From positions 3,352 to 67,351 of the forward strand of contig JBBTQI010000004.1 of NCBI GenBank assembly GCA_038078835.1: a DNA stretch of 64,000 bases, in the 5' to 3' direction. This document shows positions 9,401 to 17,868 of this stretch, in pieces. Numbering within the stretch: the first letter of the stretch is position 1; the number at the start of each line of letters is the position of its first letter. This DNA comes from Patescibacteria group bacterium. Its GTDB lineage: Bacteria; Patescibacteriota; UBA1384; XYA2-FULL-43-10; 1-14-0-10-43-13. The position numbers and the translations under genes are program-made. The notes below the pieces were generated by a model that ran no database searches, had not been told where the DNA came from, and saw only the letters and a list, made by a program, of their open reading frames with translations.

Positions 9401-10027
9401 CTTTAATTTGAATTCCTCGGCCAGCTTAAAGATGAGCTCGTTGGTCGGATCTTGTTCCGGGATCGAGGGGTGTTTTTGGACCTCAAGATAGAAATCACCC
9501 GGCGCAAAGACATCGAGATACTCTTTGAGCGCTTCCCGACCCTTCTCCAGGCTTTCGCGCGCCTTGTAGGGAATTTCGCCATGAAGGCAGGCCGAGAGAC
9601 CGATGAGACCGGCGGAGTGCTTCTTGAGCGTTGCTTTGTCAACCCGCGGCTTATAGTAATAACCCTCAAGATGAGCAATTGTCGTTAATTTTAAAAGGTT
9701 TCTGTAGCCCTCATCGTTTTTAGCGATGAGAACGAGGTGGTAAGGGTTAGCATCAATCCGCGGTGTTTTGTCCTTGAGTGTCCGCGGCGCAATGTACGTT
9801 TCCACACCGATCAAGGGCTTGACACCCTGTTTCTCGCACTGTTCGTAAAACTCAATCGCCCCGTGCATCACGCCATGATCGGTGAGAGCCAGCGCCGTCT
9901 GTCCGTCCGCCTTGGCCTTTTTGACCAGATCGGGAATCTTCCCCATACCGTCCAGCATCGAAAAATGGCTGTGCACATGGAGATGAACAAATTTATCCTC
10001 ATTTTCTTTTTTTTCGTTATCAGTCAT
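6437..10027 (-). CDS. dnaE: DNA polymerase III alpha subunit (PHP domain, pol core, OB fold) with an in-frame repeat-element insertion near the C-terminus
   Basis: N-terminal FVHLHVHSHFSMLDGMGKIPDLV..LTDHG (PHP); 1196 aa; conserved DnaE core motifs throughout. Confidence 0.92.
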   Translation of the reverse strand: MTDNEKKENEDKFVHLHVHSHFSMLDGMGKIPDLVKKAKADGQTALALTDHGVMHGAIEFYEQCEKQGVKPLIGVETYIAPRTLKDKTPRIDANPYHLVLIAKNDEGYRNLLKLTTIAHLEGYYYKPRVDKATLKKHSAGLIGLSACLHGEIPYKARESLEKGREALKEYLDVFAPGDFYLEVQKHPSIPEQDPTNELIFKLAEEFKLKVVATCDTHYVNPDDAIAQDALVCLQTGRTMNDTNRLSMKDDDYSLKTAEQMMAAFSDHPETITNTLEIAEKCNLKMELGRFKFPQFPLPQGETYETYLRKLIGERLPQRVREITPQMKERLEYELDVIKQKGYLGYFLIVQDFFNWAKENGIPTNTRGSAAGCFVSYALGITPKQLNPLDYNLPFERFLNPFRPSAPDIDADIADSGRDAIIQYVADKYGKDHVAQIITFGTMAARMAVRDVGRVLGMTYAEVDAIAKLIPFGQNLKEALRNIAELRDLYAANAQVKECIDIAKKLEGVVRHASVHAAGVVIAPEEITNFTPVMMDTKNERLITQYEMHAVGEDGVGLIKMDFLGLANLSIIKNALRIIRKTHDLDIKLDEIPLDDKKAFELLSRGETIGIFQLESEGMRKHIKELRPTTIHDIMAMVALYRPGPMAFIPEYVARKHNPSRITYADPRMEKILDKSLGLIVYQDDVLMIAIELAGYNWQEVDKFRKAIGKKIVSEMAAQKEKFFKQIIERGMEKHVATELWQQIETFAGYGFNKAHAASYGIVAYQTAYLKSNYPPEYMSALMTSNKDDLDKLAMEIEECKRMGIQVLPPSVNESFVDFGVVKDTSNVRFGLSAIKNVGLAVAEEIVEERKREGIYPDLKNFITRLGPKVINKKSLESLVMAGALDDLGERAELLYNMDKILSFAGTFQKNKVAGQSSLFGEGDEIEISNIDLEPTKPADRKQRLSWERELLGMYVSEHPLSGVGHLLEPNRNKSLNEIREEIEGEFVRVSGIITTIQKIMTRSNQNMIFARMEDLSGNVEVLAFPKVLEANPEPWQTDKIIAVDGYVSFKDGAPKILAETIRELSEGKSIPAFEPRSKKARAFSNRPKAEGRRQERKQESRTFGPSASSPEPSAENPQLLTVNRQPLTIILPAGCDKSILADIKDVITKHPGEAGIILKIPNNDSSYKEIKIKQKTHPTPVVLKQLKELVGTENVV
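6687..6775. repeat. RPE-like palindromic heptamer-repeat element (arms GAGGCCGAAGGTCC / GCCTTCGGCCTTCGGCCTTCGGCC) inserted in frame in dnaE
   Basis: Three tandem GCCTTCG units plus an inverted partner arm; the same family recurs at 11052, 36416, 61942, 12132 and 33818. Confidence 0.6.
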
Positions 10028-10349
10028 TGGGATTGAATAATTACTCGGAATATGGCAGAATTGACAGTATGGGAGATGAGCTATGACTGAGCAGAAAAGA
10101 GTAGTATCTGCCGCCCTGGCACCGTCAACTCCGCCGGCACTGGTGCGGCGAGACCCCTCTTATGGCTGGGAGGGAGAAGACGAGGAAGACTTGTGGGGAG
10201 GTCCGGGACAACACCCGCTCTACCATCCAACCCGTCGCAACCATAATGTTCCGGCGGGGCAGCCTGCCCCTCACATCGAGACCAGGCCATGATAGGTTTT
10301 GCTCAGGGCTCGGTGGCTGAGTGCTGCCGAGCCTGTTTTTTCTAAACTA

Positions 10350-11738
10350 ATGCTGAAACCAGACAACAAATATTTTTTTGTTTTGGGGCGGGAGCGGGAG
10401 ATTGCCCGGGAGGAGCTGAGGGCGGTTTTGCGCCGCCTTAATTTTGGTTTTGGTGATTTAAATGTAACCGATAATATCGCCTTTGCCAATCTTGACAGGG
10501 ACGAGGCAGAGGTGGCGAAGTTAAGCGGGATATTGGGGGGGACTACAAAGATATTCAGGGCAACCCAATCAAAAATGGACAACGAACAATACGAACAACG
10601 GACAACGGACAGAGAATATTGTTCCAAGTTGATTGCAGGGTTAACTGCCGAGTTGATACGGCGGAAGAAACGGGGTGTGACGGGTAAGATTAACTTCGGA
10701 ATTTCCGATTATTCTAAAACCTTATCCAAGGAAAAGATTAATACCTTGGGATTAGAGGTAAAGCGTGCCTTGAGAGGTGATTTATCTCTCCGCTTTGTGC
10801 CAATTCGAGAAGGCCGGGAACTCTCAACCATCCAATCACTCAAAGGTGACCTTGCCGGCCGAGGGGTTGAGGTTGGTTTATTCGATCAAGGAATCGGTAT
10901 TTTGATTGGTCTGTCAAATCCGGAGGAGTGGGCGCGGCGAGATTACCAAAAGCCGGCCGGGGACAAGTATTCCGGCATGACGCCACCCAAGTTGGCGAGG
11001 ATGATGATCAATTTAGCTTTAAGCCAAAGGCCTAAGGCCGGAAGCAGAAAAGTCGAAGGCCGAAGGCCGAAGGTCGGAGGCCGGATCGGAACTGCCTTCA
11101 GCCTTCAGCCTTCGGCTTGCGTCGTGGTTGATCCCTTTTGCGGTTCGGGAAATATCTTAATGGAAGCCTTGATGCTGGGATGCGATATGATCGGGTCAGA
11201 CATAAGCGAGAAGGCAGTGGCTGATTCAAAAGCCAATGTTGATTGGCTGCTCGAGCAAATCCGAAATTCTAAATCCGAAATCCTAAACAAATCCGAAATC
11301 CAAAATTCAAATGTCAAAATATTTCAAGCTGATGCGACAGAATTAGATTTCCCCCCTCTATTTGAAAATTACGATCACTTTGTGGTCGTTACAGAGCCCT
11401 ACCTTGGTCAACCCAAGAAGATGAAACCGAGTTTCAATGCTGTAAGGGGTGAGTACACTAAGATCAAAAAGTTATATTTAGACTTCTTAAAAAACTTAGC
11501 ACTTTCACACTTTCACACTTTCACACTCTGCCTTGTTTTTCCTCTCGTTGAGAGTGTCGATCGGGGTCGATTTAGCCTTTATGCCGAGTCTGTTGACGAA
11601 ATCAGGAAATTGGGCTATACTGAACTACGTTCACCGCTTGTGTACGGCAGAGACTATCAGGTGGTGAAGAGGGAAATAGTCTTTCTCAATTTCCAAGAAC
11701 CAAATACCAAATCACAAATAAATTCCAATAGCCAATAA
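10350..11738 (+). CDS. class I SAM-dependent RNA methyltransferase (Trm11/COG1041-like, DPFCGSG motif) carrying four distinct in-frame repeat insertions
   Basis: N-terminus KYFFVLGREREIAREELRAVL and ..VVVDPFCGSGNILMEAL...GSDIS.. match the Trm11-like family; start chosen at ATG 10350. Confidence 0.6.
   Translation: MLKPDNKYFFVLGREREIAREELRAVLRRLNFGFGDLNVTDNIAFANLDRDEAEVAKLSGILGGTTKIFRATQSKMDNEQYEQRTTDREYCSKLIAGLTAELIRRKKRGVTGKINFGISDYSKTLSKEKINTLGLEVKRALRGDLSLRFVPIREGRELSTIQSLKGDLAGRGVEVGLFDQGIGILIGLSNPEEWARRDYQKPAGDKYSGMTPPKLARMMINLALSQRPKAGSRKVEGRRPKVGGRIGTAFSLQPSACVVVDPFCGSGNILMEALMLGCDMIGSDISEKAVADSKANVDWLLEQIRNSKSEILNKSEIQNSNVKIFQADATELDFPPLFENYDHFVVVTEPYLGQPKKMKPSFNAVRGEYTKIKKLYLDFLKNLALSHFHTFTLCLVFPLVESVDRGRFSLYAESVDEIRKLGYTELRSPLVYGRDYQVVKREIVFLNFQEPNTKSQINSNSQ
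11052..11116. repeat. palindromic heptamer-repeat element (GTCGAAGGCCGAAGGCCGAAGGTCGGAGGCCGG ...loop... GCCTTCAGCCTTCAGCCTTCGGC), in frame inside the methyltransferase gene
   Basis: About 24 bp imperfect inverted arms of GGCCGAA-type heptamers separated by a 9 nt loop. Confidence 0.6.
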
Positions 11739-11827
11739 TCAAATATTCAGAAATTGATATTTTGGAGCTTGGATCTTATTTGGAATTTGACATTTGAGAT
11801 TCGTGATTTTACTCCAAGGGAGTTATC

Positions 11828-12112
11828 GTGGCTCATAAGAAAGCAGCCGGTAGTACAAGATTGGGTCGGGATTCAGCCGCCAAACGACTTGGCGTTAAGG
11901 TTTTTGGCGGCCAGTTTATCAATGCCGGCGGTATTATTGTCCGTCAGCGCGGGACCAAATTTCACCCCGGTTTGAATGTGGGCCAGGGGAAGGATGACAC
12001 TCTCTATGCCCTGGCAACCGGCAGTGTCAAGTTTCAGGAGAAGCGCGTCACTGCCTTTAACGGCAATAAAGACAAGCGAATGTTCGTTCACATCGTACCC
12101 AGCAATAATTAG
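11828..12112 (+). CDS. rpmA: 50S ribosomal protein L27 (GTG start)
   Basis: [29 protein letters not shown]... is the canonical L27 sequence. Confidence 0.92.
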   Translation: MAHKKAAGSTRLGRDSAAKRLGVKVFGGQFINAGGIIVRQRGTKFHPGLNVGQGKDDTLYALATGSVKFQEKRVTAFNGNKDKRMFVHIVPSNN

Positions 12113-12240
12113 CGATGCTAATTTACCCGTCTCGGCCTTCGGCTGAGCCAAGGTCGGACGAATGCATGTAAATGACGCGAATAAAAAATTAGTATCATTC
12201 GCATAATAATTCGCAATATCCGCATCGGATTTAGGTACTT

Positions 12241-12738
12241 ATGGAAAAGTTACTCGAAAAATATATCAAAAAGAATCCGCCCAAGGTTCAGTCCGGCGAT
12301 ACGGTTCGCGTTCACACTCTGGTACGTGAGGCGGGCAAGGAGCGCGTTCAGGTCTTTGAGGGTCTGGTGATCGCCGTTAAGCACGGTTATGGGCTCGATG
12401 GCGCTTTTACCGTTCGCAAAGAGTCCTTCGGGGTGGGGGTCGAGAGGGTTTTTCCGATCCACTCGCCCAAGATTGTCAAGGTTGAGCGCATTAAGCAGTC
12501 CAAGGTGCGCCGAAGCAAGCTTTACTTTATGCGAGAGCTCACCGGCAAAAACGCTCGTCTTAAGGAGCTAAATCGTACTCACAAAGTTTGGGAGGAGAAG
12601 GAAGCCGAGGAGGAGCTGGCTAAGATTGCCGCCGAGAAAGCCGAGGAAGCGGCTAAAGCCGAAGCCAAGAAGCAGGCCGAGCAGGCGGAGTTGGAGCGAA
12701 AAGCCAAAATGGCCGCCGGTGACCGGATTAAAAAATAG
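12241..12738 (+). CDS. rplS: 50S ribosomal protein L19 with a K/A/E-rich C-terminal extension
   Basis: ..VQSGDTVRVHTLVREAGKERVQVFEGLVIAVKHG..FTVRK.. is the canonical L19. Confidence 0.9.
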   Translation: MEKLLEKYIKKNPPKVQSGDTVRVHTLVREAGKERVQVFEGLVIAVKHGYGLDGAFTVRKESFGVGVERVFPIHSPKIVKVERIKQSKVRRSKLYFMRELTGKNARLKELNRTHKVWEEKEAEEELAKIAAEKAEEAAKAEAKKQAEQAELERKAKMAAGDRIKK

Positions 12739-12869
12739 CTTGCAAGCGAGCAAGCGTATAAGCGAGCAAAAATGCCCGTGAACTCTAATCCGGGTATTTT
12801 TTGTATGCACAAGATCGGCGATCGTATCCCAAGGGGTGTATAATGGTGACAGGAAAAAAGGAAAACAAG

Positions 12870-13232
12870 ATGAAATTTAACCGGCAGGAAAACAAGCGGA
12901 CGGGGAGTGAGGGCGAGGATGAGGCAGAGAGGCACCTTGTCAGTCTCGGCTATAAAATTCTGGGGCGGAATGTGACCCTGTCCTTTGGTGAGATTGATAT
13001 CTTGGTCCGGGACGGCAGGTCGATTGTTGTTGTTGAGGTTAAAACGGTTCGGGGGAGCGGCTTTGGCTTGGCCCAGGAGCTGGTGCGATTTAAAAAACAG
13101 CGAAAATTAAAGCTACTTGGCCGAGCTATCGAACAGCGTTATCCCAACCATCCGGTTCGCATTGATGTTATTGGCATCCATTACGATGCAAATGGGCCGC
13201 AACTTGAACACATAAAAAACGCAGTCTCATGA
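12870..13232 (+). CDS. YraN-family endonuclease (UPF0102); alternative start 12843
   Basis: GSEGEDEAERHL...GEIDILVRDGRSIVVVEVKTV... matches YraN/UPF0102. Confidence 0.7.
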   Translation: MKFNRQENKRTGSEGEDEAERHLVSLGYKILGRNVTLSFGEIDILVRDGRSIVVVEVKTVRGSGFGLAQELVRFKKQRKLKLLGRAIEQRYPNHPVRIDVIGIHYDANGPQLEHIKNAVS

Positions 13233-13366
13233 ACATTAATCGTAAATAGCGTATACATTGACTTCCGATCGGAAGTCAATGTATACATAATTCTACTGTC
13301 TAATATACCGGGGACTCAACAAAATAAGGGGGAGACAGGGGAAGAATGTTTTGCTATTGTAAAGCT

Positions 13367-14812
13367 ATGATACGAACACGATTTGCGCCGAGCCCAACGG
13401 GGGAACTTCACATCGGCGGTGCTCGCACCGCTCTCTTTTCTTATCTCTTTGCCAAGCATCACGGCGGCGAGTTTCTGCTGCGGATTGAGGACACCGATCG
13501 GGAGAGGCTGGTGGAGGGAGCAACAATCCGCATCATCGAGTCGCTTGAATGGCTGGGGCTCTTTCCGGATAACTACCACAGTATCGTTATCCAATCTGAT
13601 AGGCAGGAGATCTATAAAAAATATGCCCTGGAATTGGTGTCAAAGGGGGCGGCTTATCTTTGTACCTGTTCAAAGGAGCGGCTCGAGGAGTTGCGGCGGG
13701 AGCAGGAGGCAAAGAAATTGCCGCCACAGTATGATAGACATTGTAGGAACGTCAAATGTCAAAATCATACCCCCCCTACACCCCCCCTTTCTAAGGGGGG
13801 GGTTGAGAGGGGGTTAGAAGAACTATTAAAGGAGGGGGCGGTGGTTAGGTTGAAGATGCCGGAGACGGGGAGCATTGTTGTTGTTGATTTGATTCGGGGT
13901 AATGTCGAGTTTAGGGCAGATCTTCAGGATGATCCGGTTTTGCTCAAATCCGACGGCTGGCCGACATACCATCTGGCGGCGGTGGTCGATGATCACGAAA
14001 TGGAGATCAGCCACGTCATCCGGGCGGAGGAGTGGCTCTCCTCGACGCCCAAACACCTTACTTTGTATCAAGCATTCGGTTGGGCGGTGCCGCAATTTGC
14101 TCATCTGCCAATGATTTTGGGTCCGGACCGGAGCAAGCTCTCCAAGCGCCACGGCGCCACGGCGGTGCTGGATTATAAAAACCGGGGGTATCTGCCTCAC
14201 GCCATCATTAACTTTATCGCCCTTTTGGGCTGGAGTCCCAAGGATGAGCGGGAGGAGTTCAGCTTGGCTCAACTCATTCGGGATTTCCGGCTCGAACAGG
14301 TGAACCGGGCGCCGGCTGTTTTTAACATTGATAAATTAAACAGCATAAATGCCCGCTACATCCAAAAACGGGATCCCGGCAAACTAAAGCAGGAATTGGC
14401 CGAGTTTGGCCCGAGAGAGCCGCTGGCGGGGGAGATTACCCTGGCCCAGCGAGGCGGATATGCGACATTGGCCGAAATCAAAGAGGCAATTGAAGGTCTG
14501 CGGCAGAAACCAGTGTATAAGGCCGCCTTGCTCGTTTTTAAGAAATCGGATAAGCCCAAAACTCTCAAGGGTTTGCGGCTCGCCCGTCAAAAATTGGCGG
14601 GAGCCAATATCTGGAGCGCGGAGGAGCTGCAAAACGTCCTCGTCGAGGTGGTAAACGATCACAATCTCTCTAGCGGCGATGTTTTTTGGCCGGTGCGTGT
14701 TGCCTTATCGGGCCGGGAAAAGTCGCCCTCGCCGGCGGAACTATTGGTGGCACTAGATCGAGTTGAATCACTTAGACGGATCGACGCGGCGTTGGAAAAA
14801 CTGCAAGGATAG
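13367..14812 (+). CDS. gltX: glutamyl-tRNA synthetase, with an in-frame C7/G8 palindromic homopolymer insertion
   Basis: MIRTRFAPSPTGELHIGGARTALF..HHGGEFLLRIEDTD.. (HIGH region) and KLSKRHG (KMSKS). Confidence 0.92.
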   Translation: MIRTRFAPSPTGELHIGGARTALFSYLFAKHHGGEFLLRIEDTDRERLVEGATIRIIESLEWLGLFPDNYHSIVIQSDRQEIYKKYALELVSKGAAYLCTCSKERLEELRREQEAKKLPPQYDRHCRNVKCQNHTPPTPPLSKGGVERGLEELLKEGAVVRLKMPETGSIVVVDLIRGNVEFRADLQDDPVLLKSDGWPTYHLAAVVDDHEMEISHVIRAEEWLSSTPKHLTLYQAFGWAVPQFAHLPMILGPDRSKLSKRHGATAVLDYKNRGYLPHAIINFIALLGWSPKDEREEFSLAQLIRDFRLEQVNRAPAVFNIDKLNSINARYIQKRDPGKLKQELAEFGPREPLAGEITLAQRGGYATLAEIKEAIEGLRQKPVYKAALLVFKKSDKPKTLKGLRLARQKLAGANIWSAEELQNVLVEVVNDHNLSSGDVFWPVRVALSGREKSPSPAELLVALDRVESLRRIDAALEKLQG

Positions 14813-14829
14813 TTGAGGCAAATGTTTTT

Positions 14830-15963
14830 ATGCACTCCAATCAAGGGCGAAAAATTAAGGTTGTCCAGGTGATCGCTGACTCAGCCCCGGGCGGCGGTCC
14901 CAGTCATGTTTTGGGTCTCCTAAAGCATCTCGACAAACAGCGTTTTGAGTGTTTTTTAATTTGCCCGTCGGGCTATCTGGCCAGGGAGGCCAAAAAGATA
15001 GCGGCGGTTGAAGTAATTAACCTCCCTTTTCGTTCCAAGTTTGATCTCTGGTCGCTCTGGCAATTTAATCGGATATTGCAGCAAATCAGGGTTAAAGGTG
15101 ATCCGTTCGGTTCGATGATTGTTCACAGCCATGGTTCACGGGCCGGCCTGGCGGCCCGCTGGCGGCGCCTGACCTTGGTTAAGTATATCTACACCGAGCA
15201 TCGCTTTGATGCCGATTTTCATCTTAAAAATTCTTTAAACGAGAAAGTTCAACTTTGGCTGTTGGGAGTACTCAATCATAAAACGGATTGGATAGTAGCT
15301 GTTTCCACATCGGTGGCTAATTTTTTACTGAAAAACAATTTGGCTCCGCCGGGTCGTCTGACTGTTATTCCCAACGCAATCGAGGCGGAGAGAATTAAGC
15401 CGCCCAATCTCCATTCATTCGCTAAAGCGCCGGTTATCGGCACGATCGGCAATCTCAACACCCAAAAGGGCCACTGCTACTTGATCAAGGCCTTTGATTT
15501 ATTGTCGCAAAAATATCCGGAGTCGAGATTAGAGATTGTCGGCGGAGGAGATCAGGAGGACAATATCAAATATCAAATATCAAATATCAAAAATAAGAAA
15601 GGAATTACTTTGTTGGGGAGGCGGGAGGAGCCGGAAAAATTTCTGAAAAAGTGGGATGTGTTTGTTTTGCCCTCGGTTGCCGAAGCTTTTGGCATTGTAC
15701 TTCTGGAGGCGATGGCCGCCGGTGTGCCGATCGTTGCCGCCAATGTTGGCGGTATTCCCGATATCATTGAGAACAATAAAAATGGCGTTCTGGTGCCGCC
15801 GCGGCAGCCGGAGGCCCTGGCTAAAGCAATAGGCGAGATACTTGACAATCAGGCAAAAGCGAGAGAACTCTCGCGGAGGGGGTTAGCAAGGGTTCAAGTT
15901 TTCACTTGGCCCAAGATCATTTCCAGGTTCCATAATCTCTACTTTGACACTCTTGCTGGATGA
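14830..15963 (+). CDS. glycosyltransferase family 1 (GT4-type retaining glycosyltransferase) with an in-frame (ATATCAA)x4 repeat
   Basis: C-terminal ..VFVLPSVAEAFGIVLLEAMAAGVPIVAANVGGIPDII.. is the Glycos_transf_1 signature. Confidence 0.75.
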   Translation: MHSNQGRKIKVVQVIADSAPGGGPSHVLGLLKHLDKQRFECFLICPSGYLAREAKKIAAVEVINLPFRSKFDLWSLWQFNRILQQIRVKGDPFGSMIVHSHGSRAGLAARWRRLTLVKYIYTEHRFDADFHLKNSLNEKVQLWLLGVLNHKTDWIVAVSTSVANFLLKNNLAPPGRLTVIPNAIEAERIKPPNLHSFAKAPVIGTIGNLNTQKGHCYLIKAFDLLSQKYPESRLEIVGGGDQEDNIKYQISNIKNKKGITLLGRREEPEKFLKKWDVFVLPSVAEAFGIVLLEAMAAGVPIVAANVGGIPDIIENNKNGVLVPPRQPEALAKAIGEILDNQAKARELSRRGLARVQVFTWPKIISRFHNLYFDTLAG

Positions 15964-16006
15964 TGTATGATAAGATGCTTGCCAGTAATTATGCTAAAGG
16001 AGAGTT

Positions 16007-16273
16007 ATGAGTTGGATCATTGTGATCATCGTTGGCGCGCTTGTCGGTTGGTTGGCCAGTATTATGATGAAAACAGATGAACAGCAGGGACTATTAGCCA
16101 ATGTTATCGTTGGCGTTGTCGGAGCGCTCTTGGCCCAGTTAATTTTTGGTTTAATTTTGGGTATCGGCTCAGCTCAAGCGGCGGGAGATTTCAGTATTTG
16201 GGGCGTGGTTTGGGGTGTAATCGGCGCTGTGATCTTAATCTGGGTTCTTCGAGCCTTGAATTTATTCAAATAA
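16007..16273 (+). CDS. GlsB/YeaQ/YmgE-family stress membrane protein (transglycosylase-associated)
   Basis: [22 protein letters not shown]....[16 protein letters not shown] matches the family. Confidence 0.7.
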   Translation: MSWIIVIIVGALVGWLASIMMKTDEQQGLLANVIVGVVGALLAQLIFGLILGIGSAQAAGDFSIWGVVWGVIGAVILIWVLRALNLFK

Positions 16274-16295
16274 CCGCCATTAAAGAACAAGAAAA

Positions 16296-16344
16296 ACCAC
16301 CAGCAACCGTAGCGTGTCCATAATTTAGGGACTGGTGGTTTTTT
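16296..16344 (+). terminator. putative intrinsic terminator (CCACCAG...CTGGTGG + TTTTTT) after 16007..16273
   Basis: 7 bp GC-rich inverted repeat followed by a T6 run; loop unusually long (~28 nt). Confidence 0.4.
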
Positions 16345-16538
16345 GGTTACTTCAGGTTAATTTCCGCTTCACCGGCCATACTGCTATCGCCATTCGCCAC
16401 AAGAATACTCTTGGCTAGCGGGTTTATGGTTATCTCCAGGCCCTTGTTTGATTGGAGGGTCTGTTCAAGGTAGTCGTAGAGAGTTTCGGGGACCCTGACC
16501 TGAACCTGACTTAAGTAGGGCCTGGCTAAGCGTTTGTT

Positions 16539-16934
16539 TTAAATGACGAGATAGTCTTGGGGTTGGGCGCGATTCACAACAACAACTTTACGGGCGTATA
16601 TTTCGGTTGGAAAACTTCGCCGCAACCGGATGTTTCGTTTGAGCAAGCCGGCTTGCTCAAAAAGGTTCCTGTCGGTGTAGATTTTGCCTACGGGTGTACT
16701 GGAGCGAAGGGAGCTGATACTGCCCGAACTTGCCGAACGCTTCTTGTAATAATTTGCTTGATTATACTCATTCTTACTTTCATAGCGGCGATAGTGCACG
16801 CTGTCTTCGGCCTTGGTGCTTAGGGCTTGCTTTAAGCCAAAGCGCATAATATATTCTGTCGCCGGAACACTAAAATAGAGGAGCAGAAAGACAATCGCGA
16901 AGATTTTTTTAGTTAATTTGTTGATCTTTATCAC
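16539..16934 (-). CDS. hypothetical secreted protein (N-terminal signal/TM segment)
   Basis: ORF with MIKINKLTKKIFAIVFLLLYFSVPA signal-like N-terminus. Confidence 0.4.
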   Translation of the reverse strand: MIKINKLTKKIFAIVFLLLYFSVPATEYIMRFGLKQALSTKAEDSVHYRRYESKNEYNQANYYKKRSASSGSISSLRSSTPVGKIYTDRNLFEQAGLLKRNIRLRRSFPTEIYARKVVVVNRAQPQDYLVI

Positions 16935-17091
16935 CTCCTTTGCCTTAGTCTGATTTAATTATGGCAAACTCCCGAATCGGGATCATTGGCCAGACCGACC
17001 AAAAAGAGGTGCTTGCAGAAACCGCCAACCAGATAAAAGCAACAAACCGCCCCATCGCTGGCGGCGGTTTGTTCTTGTTCGATCGGTAATC

Positions 17092-17613
17092 TTAGTTGCG
17101 TGTCCTGACAACGATATCGCCGGTAGCCACATCACCGACAAGGAAGTTGCGCGAGACATCGTTGTTGCCGGTGTTGACACTGATGGTGTTAACGATGTTG
17201 TTGTTTACGGTACTGGTAACAATCGGAGTTGTTGTTCTGACGGGCACTGTTGATGTGAGCGGGCGTATTCGCGGGGAGAAGAAAGACTGACTAGCAAATG
17301 GCCGATAGTAGCTGGAGTATGGCTGATAATAGGGATTGAAATAATACGGGTTATAGCTTTGACTGTAGCCGGAATAAAAGAAGGGCGAGAAAGGTCGAAC
17401 AGACTGCCGCTGGAATTGGGTTTGACGTCCCCCTCGCTGCTGCTGGTATTGAAATTGAAAGGCGGTTGGTTGGCTATAGTATGAGCTGCCCGACCAGGCC
17501 AGGGCGCTTGGTACTGCGGTAAAGTTTTGCTCCGGTGTGCCTAATAAGGCAGAAAACACCGCTATCGCCATTGCCGTCAGGCAAAACGCACCTAATGTGA
17601 AAACTTTTTTCAT
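17092..17613 (-). CDS. secreted Tyr/Gln/Ser/Pro-rich low-complexity protein with the conserved C-terminal motif ..NTGNNDVSRNFLVGDVATGDIVVRTRN
   Basis: Signal peptide MKKVFTLGAFCLTAMAIAVFSALLG; strong RBS (AGGAGGTGAAGG) upstream; C-terminal motif shared with 18518..18982. Confidence 0.55.
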   Translation of the reverse strand: MKKVFTLGAFCLTAMAIAVFSALLGTPEQNFTAVPSALAWSGSSYYSQPTAFQFQYQQQRGGRQTQFQRQSVRPFSPFFYSGYSQSYNPYYFNPYYQPYSSYYRPFASQSFFSPRIRPLTSTVPVRTTTPIVTSTVNNNIVNTISVNTGNNDVSRNFLVGDVATGDIVVRTRN

Positions 17614-17868
17614 CTTTAATCCTTCACCTCCTTTACTTCTCTAACCTCACTTTTAATTCTGAACGCTTTCTTAGGGTTGTGTATCCGCAAGCAGAGCCGG
17701 GCGCATAATCCTCTCTGGGGGAGCGGGGAATACTGCTGAAAAAAGACTATTAGGGGGATGGATAATTCTTGAATAAGAATCATTTGTGCCAGCGGTAAAT
17801 AGAAAGCGACAGGAAAACTTGTTCTAATCGGACAAACGGGGTTTTAAGGCCCCGTTTGTGGGGGGCGG

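Noticed and set aside
6543-9688. Numerous 60-180 aa ORFs on both strands inside dnaE
   Set aside because: All lie within or antisense to the 1196-aa DnaE ORF, whose conservation is unambiguous; they are shadow ORFs.
12568-12935. Minus-strand ORFs of 80 and 118 aa
   Set aside because: They are antisense to the K/A/E-rich tail of rplS and to the YraN start region; low-complexity shadow ORFs.
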